NCBI GenBank assembly: GCA_963663035.1
Contig: OY760074.1
Coordinates: 2,880,001-2,944,000 of the forward strand
From: Acidobacteriota bacterium
GTDB lineage: Bacteria; Acidobacteriota; UBA6911; RPQK01; JADFOI01
Direction: 5' to 3'
Length of the DNA stretch: 64,000 nt
Shown here: positions 1 through 9,390 of the stretch, piece after piece
How the letters are laid out: each line of letters opens with the position of its first letter
How positions within the stretch are numbered: position 1 is the stretch's first letter
The notes under the pieces: generated by a model
Databases searched by the model: none
What the model was told of the DNA's origin: nothing
The model's input: only the letters and a program-made list of their open reading frames with translations
Made by a program: the position numbers and the translations under genes

Positions 1-540
1 CGTCTCGATACGCGTCAATGTGCGAGTTGTCATACCACCGAGCCGAGGATTGGCCGACCCGGAGGGAGTCCCCGGCAGAACCGTCTCACATGGGACACAC
101 TTCGCCAGATCAAAGATGCCACGAGGATGAACGTTCTTGTGAAGGGGATCGTCACCTCCGAGGATGCGGAACTCTGCGTCCAGTACGGTGCTGACGGCAT
201 TATCGTCTCCAACCATGGTGGACGATCGACGGAAACCGGGCGGGCAGCCGTAGACTGTTTGCAGGAAGTCGTTCGGGCCGTTCGTGGCCGGGTGCCGGTG
301 TTGGTGGACGGAGGTTTTCGCCGAGGTACCGATGTGTTCAAGGCCCTTGCGTTAGGAGCGCGCGCGATCTGTATAGGTCGACCGTATCAGTGGGGAGTCT
401 CGTCGTTTGGTCAGATCGGCGTAGAGACCGTCTTGTCCCTTCTCCAGCGCGAGCTCCATCTCGTGATGGCGCAGTGCGGGACACGTTCCATCGCCGAGAT
501 CGGAGCCGCCTCCATCGTCAGGAGATCCTGGCGATTCTGA
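1..540 (+). CDS. FMN-dependent alpha-hydroxy acid oxidase/dehydrogenase, 5' part outside window
   Basis: Frame open from base 1; motifs LTWD, VLVKGI, SNHGGR, DGGFRRGTDVFKALALGA, IGRP. Confidence 0.93.
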   Translation, partial: RLDTRQCASCHTTEPRIGRPGGSPRQNRLTWDTLRQIKDATRMNVLVKGIVTSEDAELCVQYGADGIIVSNHGGRSTETGRAAVDCLQEVVRAVRGRVPVLVDGGFRRGTDVFKALALGARAICIGRPYQWGVSSFGQIGVETVLSLLQRELHLVMAQCGTRSIAEIGAASIVRRSWRF

Positions 541-768
541 AAAAGGGTGTGCCGCGGATCGGTCTTTTCGACACCAGTCTTGAGCCCTATTAACCCGCCA
601 GTGTCTGGTTCTGGGATCAAGTTCGGCCTGTTGGAAGAAGAGGGAGTATCTAGCGCACTTTGGAGTGCACTCCCGATAAATCAATAGATTAAAGATTCAG
701 CTAGTCGCTCTGAAATGCTCGAAAATAGTCAACTGAGCCCAAATTCGTTCCCACACGTCCGACAAAAA

Positions 769-832
769 ACGCACAGGACTTAAAATCCTGTGAGGGTTTC
801 CCTCGTGAGGGTTCGAGTCCCTCCCCGGGCAC
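769..832 (+). pseudogene. 3' part of tRNA-Leu(TAA), probable att site of an integrative element
   Basis: Anticodon arm CAGGA-CTTAAAA-TCCTG, long variable arm, T arm GAGGGTTCGAGTCCCTC, acceptor 3' strand CCCGGGCA; 5' acceptor strand and D arm absent. Confidence 0.85.
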
Positions 833-998
833 GCTCCTGACGCGGGTTTCAGCCAAGTTGAGTCTCCCCGACTCACCCTCCAAAACCCCAAATTGTGCCT
901 AAAGTGTGCCCGCGGCAAACTCACTCCAACTCACTCCAGCCAAAATAGCGATTTAAGACTGGCCTGCAGATGTCCCATAAATGAATCACGAATCCGGG

Positions 999-2258
999 TT
1001 AGGGGGAAGTAGAATGGGTGGTGAAGGCCTGGAAGTCCCTGCCTGAAAGGGTTTGAAAGATACGCAGATCGAACTCCGGCAGGACGGCCAGAATGTGGTC
1101 AAAAATGTCGGCCTGAATCGCTTCATAGTGTGCCCATCTGATGTCGGTGCAGAAGACATAAATCTCGATCGGCAGACCGTGCTCACCCGGAGCCAACTGG
1201 CGGATGATCAAGGTCATCTCCTGGCTCACCATGGTGTGGTTTTGCAAATAGGCCTGGACGTAGGCTCGAAACGTCCCGATATTGGTCATTCGCCTGCCGT
1301 TGGCCAGGCTTGAATCGTCCACCTTGGCGGACCGGTTGTGCTCGGCCAATTCGGCTCGCTTTGTCTCAACGTATTTGGAAATGTACTGTATTTTGGAGAA
1401 GCGTCCGATCATCTCCTCGGTACAGAATCGAATGCTGTTCATATCAATATGGATTGCACGCTTGATCCTGCGTCCCCCCGATTGCTGCATGCCTCTCCAA
1501 TTCTTGAAGGATTCGCTGATCAGTGCGTAGGTGGGAACCGTGGTGATGGTCTTGTCCCAGTTCTGAACCTTGACGGTCGTCAAGGTCATTTCCACCACAT
1601 CCCCGTCGGCGCCGTATCGAGGCATCTCGATCCAATCTCCCGGGGCCACCATGCGGTTGGCGGTCAACTGAATGCCTGCCACAAAACCCAGAATGGCATC
1701 TTTGAAGATCAACATGAGAACCGCCGTTAAAGCCCCCAGGCCACTCAGGAAATAGAGCGGTGTTCGTTCCAGGATGATGGACAAGATCAAGATCCCCGAG
1801 ACGAAGTACGTGACCAGCTTCAGGACCTGCAGGAAGCTCTTGATGGGAACTTCCCTGGAGATCTCATAGGTCCCATAGATGTCTTGAACGGCATTGAGAA
1901 GGGAATCGACAACCAGGACAGCGACAAGGATCATGTAGATGAGCGCTGCACTGGAATGGAGAGAAGTCAATAGGCCATACCCCTCCAGGGCCAGAGGTAT
2001 CCCCGTGTAAAGAACGAGGGCTGGAGCCAGATGCGACAGCTTGGAGAAGACCCTCCTTTGCACGAGGGCGTCGTCCCAGCTAGTTCGGGAGCGAGAAACC
2101 AGCGATTTGACGACTGATACAATCAATCGCTTGGCCACGAAATTGGCCAGAACGCTCAGGAAAATGACGAAAAAGTAAGCGATGATTCGGGCCAGGACGA
2201 GTGCCGCCGTGGCACCTAGGTTCTGCTCGACCAGCCAGTTTTCGATAAATTCCAACAT
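999..2258 (-). CDS. Mechanosensitive channel, MscS family (YbdG/MscM-like)
   Basis: Several TM helices then FKDAILGFVAGIQL, GDWIEMP, VQNWDKTI, GGRRIKR, TNIGTFRAY. Confidence 0.93.
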   Translation of the reverse strand: MLEFIENWLVEQNLGATAALVLARIIAYFFVIFLSVLANFVAKRLIVSVVKSLVSRSRTSWDDALVQRRVFSKLSHLAPALVLYTGIPLALEGYGLLTSLHSSAALIYMILVAVLVVDSLLNAVQDIYGTYEISREVPIKSFLQVLKLVTYFVSGILILSIILERTPLYFLSGLGALTAVLMLIFKDAILGFVAGIQLTANRMVAPGDWIEMPRYGADGDVVEMTLTTVKVQNWDKTITTVPTYALISESFKNWRGMQQSGGRRIKRAIHIDMNSIRFCTEEMIGRFSKIQYISKYVETKRAELAEHNRSAKVDDSSLANGRRMTNIGTFRAYVQAYLQNHTMVSQEMTLIIRQLAPGEHGLPIEIYVFCTDIRWAHYEAIQADIFDHILAVLPEFDLRIFQTLSGRDFQAFTTHSTSP

Positions 2259-2378
2259 CGGCTCCAGATTCTAGCACGGGGTCCCCCGAGGGGAAACGAC
2301 CAGCTAATCTGTGGAGACGGTCGGTTCAAATCAATCTCAATCCTGCCAGAGCGAGGAGACCGGCGAGGACCAGTAACA

Positions 2379-2435
2379 CTTGCGAACGACCCTCGCTTCC
2401 AAGACCTGCTTCTGCGGATGAATTTGGAGCCCTAA
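2379..2435 (+). pseudogene. C-terminal relic of a Ser/Thr kinase-TPR type protein
   Basis: Translates LANDPRFQDLLLRMNLEP*, the DPRFxxLLxRM tail typical of these proteins; no upstream gene body. Confidence 0.6.
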
Positions 2436-2574
2436 ACCGGTCGAGGAGGCATTTCACGAAGATATCTTCCTTGCCTCTCCTTGGCCTCGAATACTTTCAT
2501 GAGTATTTAGATAGGTATTCCACAAAGGAGCAAATGCGGAAAACTTCAGGGGGTTGTCGATCAGTTTCCGGTAA

Positions 2575-2594
2575 GGGCGTTATCCGTCCAAGTG
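2575..2594 (+). repeat. 20-bp direct repeat, copy 1
   Basis: GGGCGTTATCCGTCCAAGTG, identical at 4256-4275. Confidence 0.9.
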
Positions 2595-3086
2595 ACTGGC
2601 TGTCCCTGGTTAGGATCGTGTGGGAGCGGCCGCAACCTTCTCCCCCGCCCAAGCTGTTTCCTCACAAGCTGGAAACCTTTATGGCTTCTCTCTCTCCCCG
2701 GCAGGCCCAAGAAATCCGAGCCTCCACGGATTCGGTTTTCTGGGACGATGTCCCGGTCTGGAACGGCTGAAGAGCCAAGGCTCTTCACTCTTCATCCAAT
2801 ACCCGTGTGCCTTATTTTCACTCTTTTCGCACTCATTCCTGCCACACTTACTCTCTCACAACCTCAGGGCAGGCTCTGCCTGTTATTCTCACTATCCAGC
2901 CCCAATATAACCTGTTTTTACCCGCTCTTTTGAGCCGAGATCCATTAGCCTCAGAAAGCAAACTCCTATATGTTAAGTTCCCAGTACCCCCACGACCCTT
3001 CGTGGGAATCCGAAACCGAGCGGCGGTGCGGAATTTACATCGACCATTTGCGTGACTTGCCTTGAGCCGAGACCTATACTCGTACG

Positions 3087-4052
3087 GTGCCGACTCTTTT
3101 TTCGCTACGAATTTGCGCTATTGGATGCCTCGTTGCTTTTTCGAGTTCGTTTGCAGCCGGACAGGTCGCTGCGGACAATTTCATCGTCGGTGTCCTGAAG
3201 GCCAACGGGATTATTGTTCCCGTTGCCACGTACGACGGCACGCGTTGGACGAATTCATGGCCGGGACCAGTCCGAAGGCCAACGACTCCTCCGGCCCCGC
3301 TGGAACAGGTTCCTAGAGAATGGCTGGCTGGTGAGAGTCTGGTTCCAACTTGGAGGCTTTGGCTACCCGCTGGAAGCACCCATGTGATTCGGGTTCTCGG
3401 ATTGCAATATTCCAAAACTGAGTGCGCAGAAATCTGGGGGCTAACCACGGATTTTCCCGCATCGCTGAATGTGCGTCCCAATAGTTGCCCCGATCCGGTG
3501 ATCGGCATCGTGTTGAATACGGACCGTCCGGTGGAGCCAATATTACCCGCCGATATTAGCCGACTGCCGTTTGCCGCACTCGAACGTGCTTTCGCTGAGT
3601 CAGAAAATCGAGAGATTTCAGCATCTATCGAGAGGTTTCCATCGTGGTTTGTCGGACCTACAGATGAGGATACGCGCGCCGCCATTCCGATAAGAGTGGA
3701 GCGTGCCTGGCGAACAACGCTGAGCTCAGGTGACGTGCTGTACTACATCGAGGCGAACCGAAGCTACGCAAAACCTGCCGCTGCCCAGGATAGTGCGTGT
3801 CCGAGTGTTTCCGCTTTTCGCGGGTGGATCGCGCGCGACATCGGGCAGGAAGAAAGGGTGATCGACGAGCGGGTGGAGCTCACGGATTGTGATTTCAAGA
3901 CCGCCGACACTACCACACCCACGGGTCTGCTGCAGCTGGAAGATGGAAACTACGTGATTGCTCGGGTCAATGGGTGGGAGAGCCAGTCTTACCAAATCCT
4001 GAAGATTGAATCTGGCGGCGTAATTCCTCTACTCGAATCTCCACTCCGATAA
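3087..4052 (+). CDS. Hypothetical secreted protein
   Basis: 321-aa ORF, signal peptide ending SFA, TATACT -10 box 6 nt upstream of the GTG. Confidence 0.75.
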   Translation: MPTLFSLRICAIGCLVAFSSSFAAGQVAADNFIVGVLKANGIIVPVATYDGTRWTNSWPGPVRRPTTPPAPLEQVPREWLAGESLVPTWRLWLPAGSTHVIRVLGLQYSKTECAEIWGLTTDFPASLNVRPNSCPDPVIGIVLNTDRPVEPILPADISRLPFAALERAFAESENREISASIERFPSWFVGPTDEDTRAAIPIRVERAWRTTLSSGDVLYYIEANRSYAKPAAAQDSACPSVSAFRGWIARDIGQEERVIDERVELTDCDFKTADTTTPTGLLQLEDGNYVIARVNGWESQSYQILKIESGGVIPLLESPLR

Positions 4053-4105
4053 CCGACAAGACTGCAACGTGGCCGCCAAACCGAACGCGCTTGAAGCCAG
4101 GCAAG

Positions 4106-4130
4106 CGAATCCCATCCACCCTCCCCACCA
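4106..4130 (+). other. Degenerate tRNA 3'-end remnant (possible old att site)
   Basis: CGAATCCCATCCACCCTCCCCACCA resembles T loop + acceptor + CCA; followed by an AT-rich tract. Confidence 0.4.
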
Positions 4131-4255
4131 TAAAGCTCAGTAACCTGCTGCAAAAAAATAACTTCCGATTCTCTTACCGGCCTGAATACCGTCACATGGC
4201 CGTATAGTCGGCATACCGGACTAGTGATTTTCGCTCAGCAGCAAGAGGACGAGAT

Positions 4256-4275
4256 GGGCGTTATCCGTCCAAGTG
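4256..4275 (+). repeat. 20-bp direct repeat, copy 2
   Basis: Identical to 2575-2594. Confidence 0.9.
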
Positions 4276-4431
4276 GGCGAAAGGGTGGCTTCCGATGAGC
4301 GAGTCTAGGTTCAATATGTTCGCTAGAACAGCCCCATCTATACTTCGATTGAGTATATACGGTCATCAGTTGACATTGCCTTCTAACCCTGCAAAGCCTA
4401 AACATTCAGGAACAATCCGAGGGAGGCTTCG

Positions 4432-4532
4432 ATGTTCGGGACGACCCTTTTCCATTACCGCATTCAGGAGAAAATCAGCGAAGTGGGATGGGGAAAGTGT
4501 ATCGGGTGGAGGATACCAATCTGAAGCGACGG
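4432..4532 (+). pseudogene. N-terminal relic of a Ser/Thr protein kinase, frameshifted
   Basis: GGGAGG RBS then MFGTTLFHYRIQEKISE / shift / GMGKVYRVEDTNLKR; parallels the N-terminus of 6211-6804. Confidence 0.75.
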
Positions 4533-4544
4533 TATAATCCTCAG

Positions 4545-5669
4545 TTATCCGCCGCCTCGCTGGTCACGAGCACTGGGGCGGGCCTGCTTTCCGTCTTCTA
4601 TCCTGTTCCCAGGCAGCCGCGCGGCGACGAAGTCGCTCACCCGGAGAGCCCCCGGCGGGTCGAGGTTGGTCATTACCACGATGACGTAGCCAGAATCCGG
4701 GAAAATCTTGAGGTCAGCGTTGATTCCGGGCGCGCCCCCTCCGTGGCCGAAGCTTCGGTCACCACTCTGATTCGAAACGCAAAATCCATATCCGTAGCTG
4801 TTGCCCTGTATCTGCGGGGCGCCCGACTTGCTGGTGGTCAGGATCTTCGTGTGCTCGGCGTCGAGTAGTTTGTGGCCGGTCAGCGCGGTGGCGAAGCGCA
4901 GAAGGTCCTCGCACGTTGAGTAGCCGCCGCCGGCGGGCGACCCGCGCATCGGCAGCGAGTCGTAGTGGTAGCGCGGCGGTCCTTCGGGGGAGGTGTAGCC
5001 CTTGGCGAGATTTGGCGTGGTCTCGTTCTTCCAATAGGAATCGGAATTGTTCATGCCGGCGCGCGCGTAGATGTTCTTGCGGATGTAGTCGTAGTAGCTC
5101 ATTCCGCTCACCCGCTCGATGATCGCCCCCGCCAGCACCAGGCCGTAGTTGCTGTAGGCAAAGCGCGACCCCGGCTCGAACGCCGGCGCGCGCTTGCCAT
5201 AAAGGGCGATGTAGTCTTTGGGGGTCTTGATCTTTTCGAGTTTGGCGCTGAACTTGGGGCCGAAGATGTCGCCGGTGCCGCCGGTATGTGTGAGCAGATG
5301 ATGGATCGTCACCTTCTTCGCCACGTCGGGGTTCGGGTAGTCCGGGATGTGCTTGCCGACGGGGTCTGTGAACTTGAGCTTGCCATGTCGCGCGAGCTGC
5401 GCCACCCCAACGGCGGTGAACATCTTGTTCATCGAGCCGAGGTTGTATTTGGTGTCAAGGCGGTTGGGAACCTTCTTCTCCCGGTCCTGCATGCCGCGGA
5501 CGTCACTGAACACCGCTTTGCCCTGGCGGGCGATCAGCACGCTGCCGGAGAACCGCTCCTGCCGCACCAACTCGTCGATACGACGCTTGAGAGCCTTGAG
5601 CGCCTCTTCCTCGGTCATCCTCGGCAGCGCGAACTCGGGAGGGGGCGACCCAGGGTTCATAACCGACAT
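4545..5669 (-). CDS. Serine hydrolase, beta-lactamase/PBP (AmpC-like) family; possibly 5'-truncated
   Basis: SMNK (SxxK), YSN, HGG, LLTHTGG; no signal peptide; GC-rich. Confidence 0.9.
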   Translation of the reverse strand: MSVMNPGSPPPEFALPRMTEEEALKALKRRIDELVRQERFSGSVLIARQGKAVFSDVRGMQDREKKVPNRLDTKYNLGSMNKMFTAVGVAQLARHGKLKFTDPVGKHIPDYPNPDVAKKVTIHHLLTHTGGTGDIFGPKFSAKLEKIKTPKDYIALYGKRAPAFEPGSRFAYSNYGLVLAGAIIERVSGMSYYDYIRKNIYARAGMNNSDSYWKNETTPNLAKGYTSPEGPPRYHYDSLPMRGSPAGGGYSTCEDLLRFATALTGHKLLDAEHTKILTTSKSGAPQIQGNSYGYGFCVSNQSGDRSFGHGGGAPGINADLKIFPDSGYVIVVMTNLDPPGALRVSDFVAARLPGNRIEDGKQARPSARDQRGGG

Positions 5670-5677
5670 CCAAAAGC

Positions 5678-6208
5678 CTATTCAAGTAATCTAATAGACT
5701 TTATAATATCTCTGAAAAGTTGTTTCTGATTTTCATCAATTGGTGAAAATTGTATATCAATAATACCACCAGTCGGATGCTCAATCCAAGCAATGGCTCT
5801 AAGCTGTCCTTCTTTTAAGAAGCTACTTGAATAATCGATATATGAGTATAAATTTTCTGATAACTCAATAGTTTCACAATCCAAACTTAATATTTTGACC
5901 TTAATTTCATCTTTACATGTCATGGTTAATGATGAGGCTTGTTCGGGGGGAATAAACCTGACAGTCAACCATGCATCACTACCTAATGATGATTGAAAAC
6001 GATACATCATATTCTCTTGAGGCGGAGTTTCCTGGGGAATAAGAAGACTCTTTGGATAATAGAAACTCACATGATAAACTTCGCTTTCAAAAATAACGAA
6101 ATCTGATTCATCCAACGTTTGTCCCAAACACAAATTTACGGAACAAAGAAAAAGAACAGCAACCAGCAACGATATAACTTTATAATTTTTCATTTTAATC
6201 ACGAACAT
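5678..6208 (-). CDS. Hypothetical secreted protein, AT-rich
   Basis: 176-aa ORF with signal peptide; composition differs sharply from neighbours. Confidence 0.7.
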   Translation of the reverse strand: MFVIKMKNYKVISLLVAVLFLCSVNLCLGQTLDESDFVIFESEVYHVSFYYPKSLLIPQETPPQENMMYRFQSSLGSDAWLTVRFIPPEQASSLTMTCKDEIKVKILSLDCETIELSENLYSYIDYSSSFLKEGQLRAIAWIEHPTGGIIDIQFSPIDENQKQLFRDIIKSIRLLE

Positions 6209-6210
6209 CC

Positions 6211-6804
6211 TTAATTGTCCCTTCTTGAGGTTCTAACCAGGATTCCCCAGATGGCTCCTCCCAATCGCCGACAAACGTAAGCCGCCTCTGACACCTGCGC
6301 CGTGGGCATCCTGGAGTCCACTTCCGTCTGCTCCTGGGTCAGCTTGGCCAGCCCAAAGTCCAGCACCTTGGCATCGCCCCGCTGGGTGATGAAGATATTG
6401 CCAGGCTTAATATCCCTGTGGACAATGCCTTTGGCGTGAGCCGGATCCAGCGCATCGGCAATCTGAATCCCCAAGTCCAATAGCTCATCCGTTTGCATCG
6501 AGCGGCCCTGGATGCGGTGCTTCACAGTCTGGCCTTCCAGGTACTCCATCACAATAAAAGGCTGACTCTCGTGATTGCCGATGTCATGAATGACGCAAAT
6601 GTTGGGATGGTTAAGGGCGGATGCCGCACGCGCTTCCCTGTGGAAACGATCCAATGCCTGTTTGTTCTCGGCGAATTTCTCAGGCAGGAACTTCAGGGCC
6701 ACATTGCGGCCCAGGCGAGTATCCTCCGCTTTGTAGACCACCCCCATCCCACCGCCGCCCAACTTCTCTGTGATCTTGTAATGCGAGATGGTCTTGCCGA
6801 GCAC
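6211..6804 (-). pseudogene. Truncated Hanks-type Ser/Thr kinase (subdomains I-VII only)
   Basis: [24 protein letters not shown] present; similarity ends near 6281 before the PE motif and C-lobe. Confidence 0.88.
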
Positions 6805-6932
6805 AACTCCCCCTCACTGCAATGCAGTTGACCTTAATGTTACGCCTTGGAGGGGATCAAAGGCAATGGAGAGCTAGAAAGAAACAAGTAGTATAAGATG
6901 TTGTTTTCAAAGATGATCGAAAGTCAGATAAG

Positions 6933-7607
6933 ATGAAAAGATTCCTCTTCGCAGCATCATCTATGGCCGGGTCTCTCATGGTGCTGCTGGTGTCGCTCAT
7001 GGCGGCTCAGCAACCTTCATTCGACCTGGACTCTTTGGCCACCGGGCCTTTCGCCAGAATGTCGACCTTGTACGAAAAGAGGTTCCTGTTCTTCAGCGTC
7101 GATGTGCTGACCCTCGAGATTCGGTTCGGAAGTGAGGTTGCGGAAAAAGTGAAATCGTTCGTCCAGAACGGCGACGCGTCCTCCCAATTTGCCGACTCCA
7201 TTGCCGACACTGCAATACACGCTCAGGATGCCTTTGTCCATATCCGTTTTCTGCGAAATATCAGCCTCAAGCGGTTCATCCAGGAAGCTCGCCAAAGCAC
7301 CCAGCGCGTTCGCGATGCCGGTATCATAGACAATCCCAGTTATGAACAGATTAGTGAAAACCTGCCTATCTGGTATGCGCCACTGGCAAATAGGGGGATA
7401 CGGGAGGGAGATGAGATATTCTACCGCATCCGGGGTGAGTCGCTGAGAACAGTATACCGCGGTGTGGATGAGGCTATCTATGTTGATCAAGAGGACCAAG
7501 GAAGAGTGGGTCCTTTGGCAGTCCTTGGGGGCTACTTTGTGGCAAAATCCGAGTTCCGCAAGGGCCTGCTCCAGTCCCTGTTTCACGACTCCGACAGCTC
7601 AAACTAA
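6933..7607 (+). CDS. Secreted hypothetical protein, possibly chalcone-isomerase-like fold
   Basis: Signal peptide; loose pattern (IRFLRNIS, GDEIFY, FRKGLL); fold call tentative. Confidence 0.6.
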   Translation: MKRFLFAASSMAGSLMVLLVSLMAAQQPSFDLDSLATGPFARMSTLYEKRFLFFSVDVLTLEIRFGSEVAEKVKSFVQNGDASSQFADSIADTAIHAQDAFVHIRFLRNISLKRFIQEARQSTQRVRDAGIIDNPSYEQISENLPIWYAPLANRGIREGDEIFYRIRGESLRTVYRGVDEAIYVDQEDQGRVGPLAVLGGYFVAKSEFRKGLLQSLFHDSDSSN

Positions 7608-7979
7608 AGGTGCCCGCCAATCAAGGCCACGATGGAAATCGCCCCATTTGTCTGAATCCTTCGTGCAATGGAAGCCCCAGATTCGATCAAATGCCAGATA
7701 CACGCAGGTGGAACATTTCCTGGGTATTTCAACCTTTGCCCTGATAAATTCATCTTCGTATGGGACCGGATCCCTTGGACCATCGATACCGCATGGTCCG
7801 TGATCGAGATGCAGGTAGTGGCCGACCTCATCAATGTGTCTTGTGCATTCCCCTTCGAATAAGTGTTCGCATTCAGAGCATTTCTTGGGCACGGCCCCAC
7901 GTGAGGCCGCATGGGCGAACGGAACCGGCGGCTCGATCGGGCCATCGATGGGACACGCTGGAAAGTATTTACTTTGCAT
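7599..7979 (-). CDS. Cys-rich hypothetical protein
   Basis: Two PxKCSxC units plus further Cys/His. Confidence 0.6.
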   Translation of the reverse strand: MQSKYFPACPIDGPIEPPVPFAHAASRGAVPKKCSECEHLFEGECTRHIDEVGHYLHLDHGPCGIDGPRDPVPYEDEFIRAKVEIPRKCSTCVYLAFDRIWGFHCTKDSDKWGDFHRGLDWRAPLV

Positions 7980-8007
7980 CTATCTTCAAGCGGCTAACGC
8001 TGCGCCT

Positions 8008-8373
8008 TCAGACGTCTTGCCCGATTCCCCCCTTCTTGTGCATGTGTTGAACATATCGGTCTTCGATTGCGGCTGTCGGGATGTTGATGACGGTGCCGTT
8101 GTAATGAAAGATGGTCCAAGTATCCTTGGAGTACTTCTGTATCCGAATAATGCCATCGAGAGAGATCCAGAGACGGTCAGACTTGGTTGCGAAGCCCAGT
8201 CCATTTTCTTCCACAATCACGTCCATCTGTCGAACACCAACGAAAATGACGTCGACGAGGCCAATGATGAAGCCGCGTACTAAAAAGAGCGGCAGCAAAA
8301 TGAGCAGGGCTAACCACGGTGACACCGAGACTGCCAAATAAACGAAAAGCGCAGTGCCTCCGCCTGCGATCAC
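8008..8373 (-). CDS. Hypothetical membrane protein (two TM + small soluble domain), ends uncertain
   Basis: Hydrophobic N-half; frame stays open upstream to about 8457. Confidence 0.5.
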   Translation of the reverse strand: MIAGGGTALFVYLAVSVSPWLALLILLPLFLVRGFIIGLVDVIFVGVRQMDVIVEENGLGFATKSDRLWISLDGIIRIQKYSKDTWTIFHYNGTVINIPTAAIEDRYVQHMHKKGGIGQDV

Positions 8374-8409
8374 GATGAGGCCCCAGAGGTTGGGAGCCCA
8401 GACCCCGAA

Positions 8410-9390
8410 ATGGGCAACGAGGCGCTGTCGGCGACTGAGATCGTATTTAAGATGGCATCATTCAAAAGACATTACGAGGTTTCTGCTGATCAGTATAATA
8501 TCCTCGTTGTCCGCATAAGACGCAAGGTATTTGGAGTTGCGGTGAGTCTTACTTTTTTGCAGATCAAGCGCGAACTCATCAACGCGCTTTGGAAGCTCCT
8601 CCCTCGTACCAGCTCAGTGAACCTGGAAGGTGTTCGCATGAGGGTGCCCCTAAGGCGGGAGCTGGATCGGCGTGTACTGAGCTCAAAGCACGAGCCATGG
8701 ATGGCGTCCTTGCTCAAGAGAATCCTTCCCCTGAAGGTGGGGGAGTTCGTGGATGTGGGCGCCAACGCAGGCCAAACCCTGCTCCGATACAAATCGCTGT
8801 GTCCAAAAGGCGTTTACGTGGGCTTCGAGCCCAATTATTATGCGGCGGCCTACGTCCAGGATATCATCGACTTGAATGGCTGGACCGAGAGTATGGTCGT
8901 GCCCGCCGGGATCGGTGATAGCAACGTCATCTCGCCGCTCTTCCTGGCCAATCCGTCCGATCTCTGCGCAACGCTGATTCCAGAAGCCCACTATCCTGTC
9001 GACACTACTCAAAGCCGGCGTGTCTTGATCCTGGCGGCGGAAGAAGCCTTTGCGCTGGCAAACGTTCAGGATCCAGCCATCATCAAAATAGATGTGGAGG
9101 GCTTTGAAGCCGAGGTACTGCGGGGGCTCGCTCCCGTCCTGAGATGGGCACAGCCCGTTGTGATCTGTGAAGTGCTTGGTGGTGGAGACAAAGAGACGCT
9201 GCGCGCGCGAAATACCGCCATTCAAGACACTCTGCAAGATTGCGGGTACTCTATCCTCAAGGCCTACGGCGACGAGGTGTCCCTCTCTCCAGAAGGGCTG
9301 ATCGACAGTAACCCAATCTACGTGTTCGCCAAAGACGAGGCAGCCCGTCGATTGCTTTCCACTTCGGCGCCAGTGCCGCAGGATGGGTGA
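8410..9390 (+). CDS. FkbM-family SAM-dependent methyltransferase (true start probably downstream)
   Basis: FVDVGANAG, GFEPN, IKIDVEGFEAEVL. Confidence 0.88.
   Translation: MGNEALSATEIVFKMASFKRHYEVSADQYNILVVRIRRKVFGVAVSLTFLQIKRELINALWKLLPRTSSVNLEGVRMRVPLRRELDRRVLSSKHEPWMASLLKRILPLKVGEFVDVGANAGQTLLRYKSLCPKGVYVGFEPNYYAAAYVQDIIDLNGWTESMVVPAGIGDSNVISPLFLANPSDLCATLIPEAHYPVDTTQSRRVLILAAEEAFALANVQDPAIIKIDVEGFEAEVLRGLAPVLRWAQPVVICEVLGGGDKETLRARNTAIQDTLQDCGYSILKAYGDEVSLSPEGLIDSNPIYVFAKDEAARRLLSTSAPVPQDG

Noticed and set aside
769-832. Functional tRNA-Leu
   Set aside because: 5' acceptor strand and D arm are missing
2309-2332. tmRNA/tRNA 3'-end-like sequence on the minus strand
   Set aside because: Too short and too mismatched to separate from chance
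4545-5669. Antibiotic-resistance beta-lactamase
   Set aside because: Motifs only place it in the broad serine hydrolase family; HGG rather than KTG and no signal peptide
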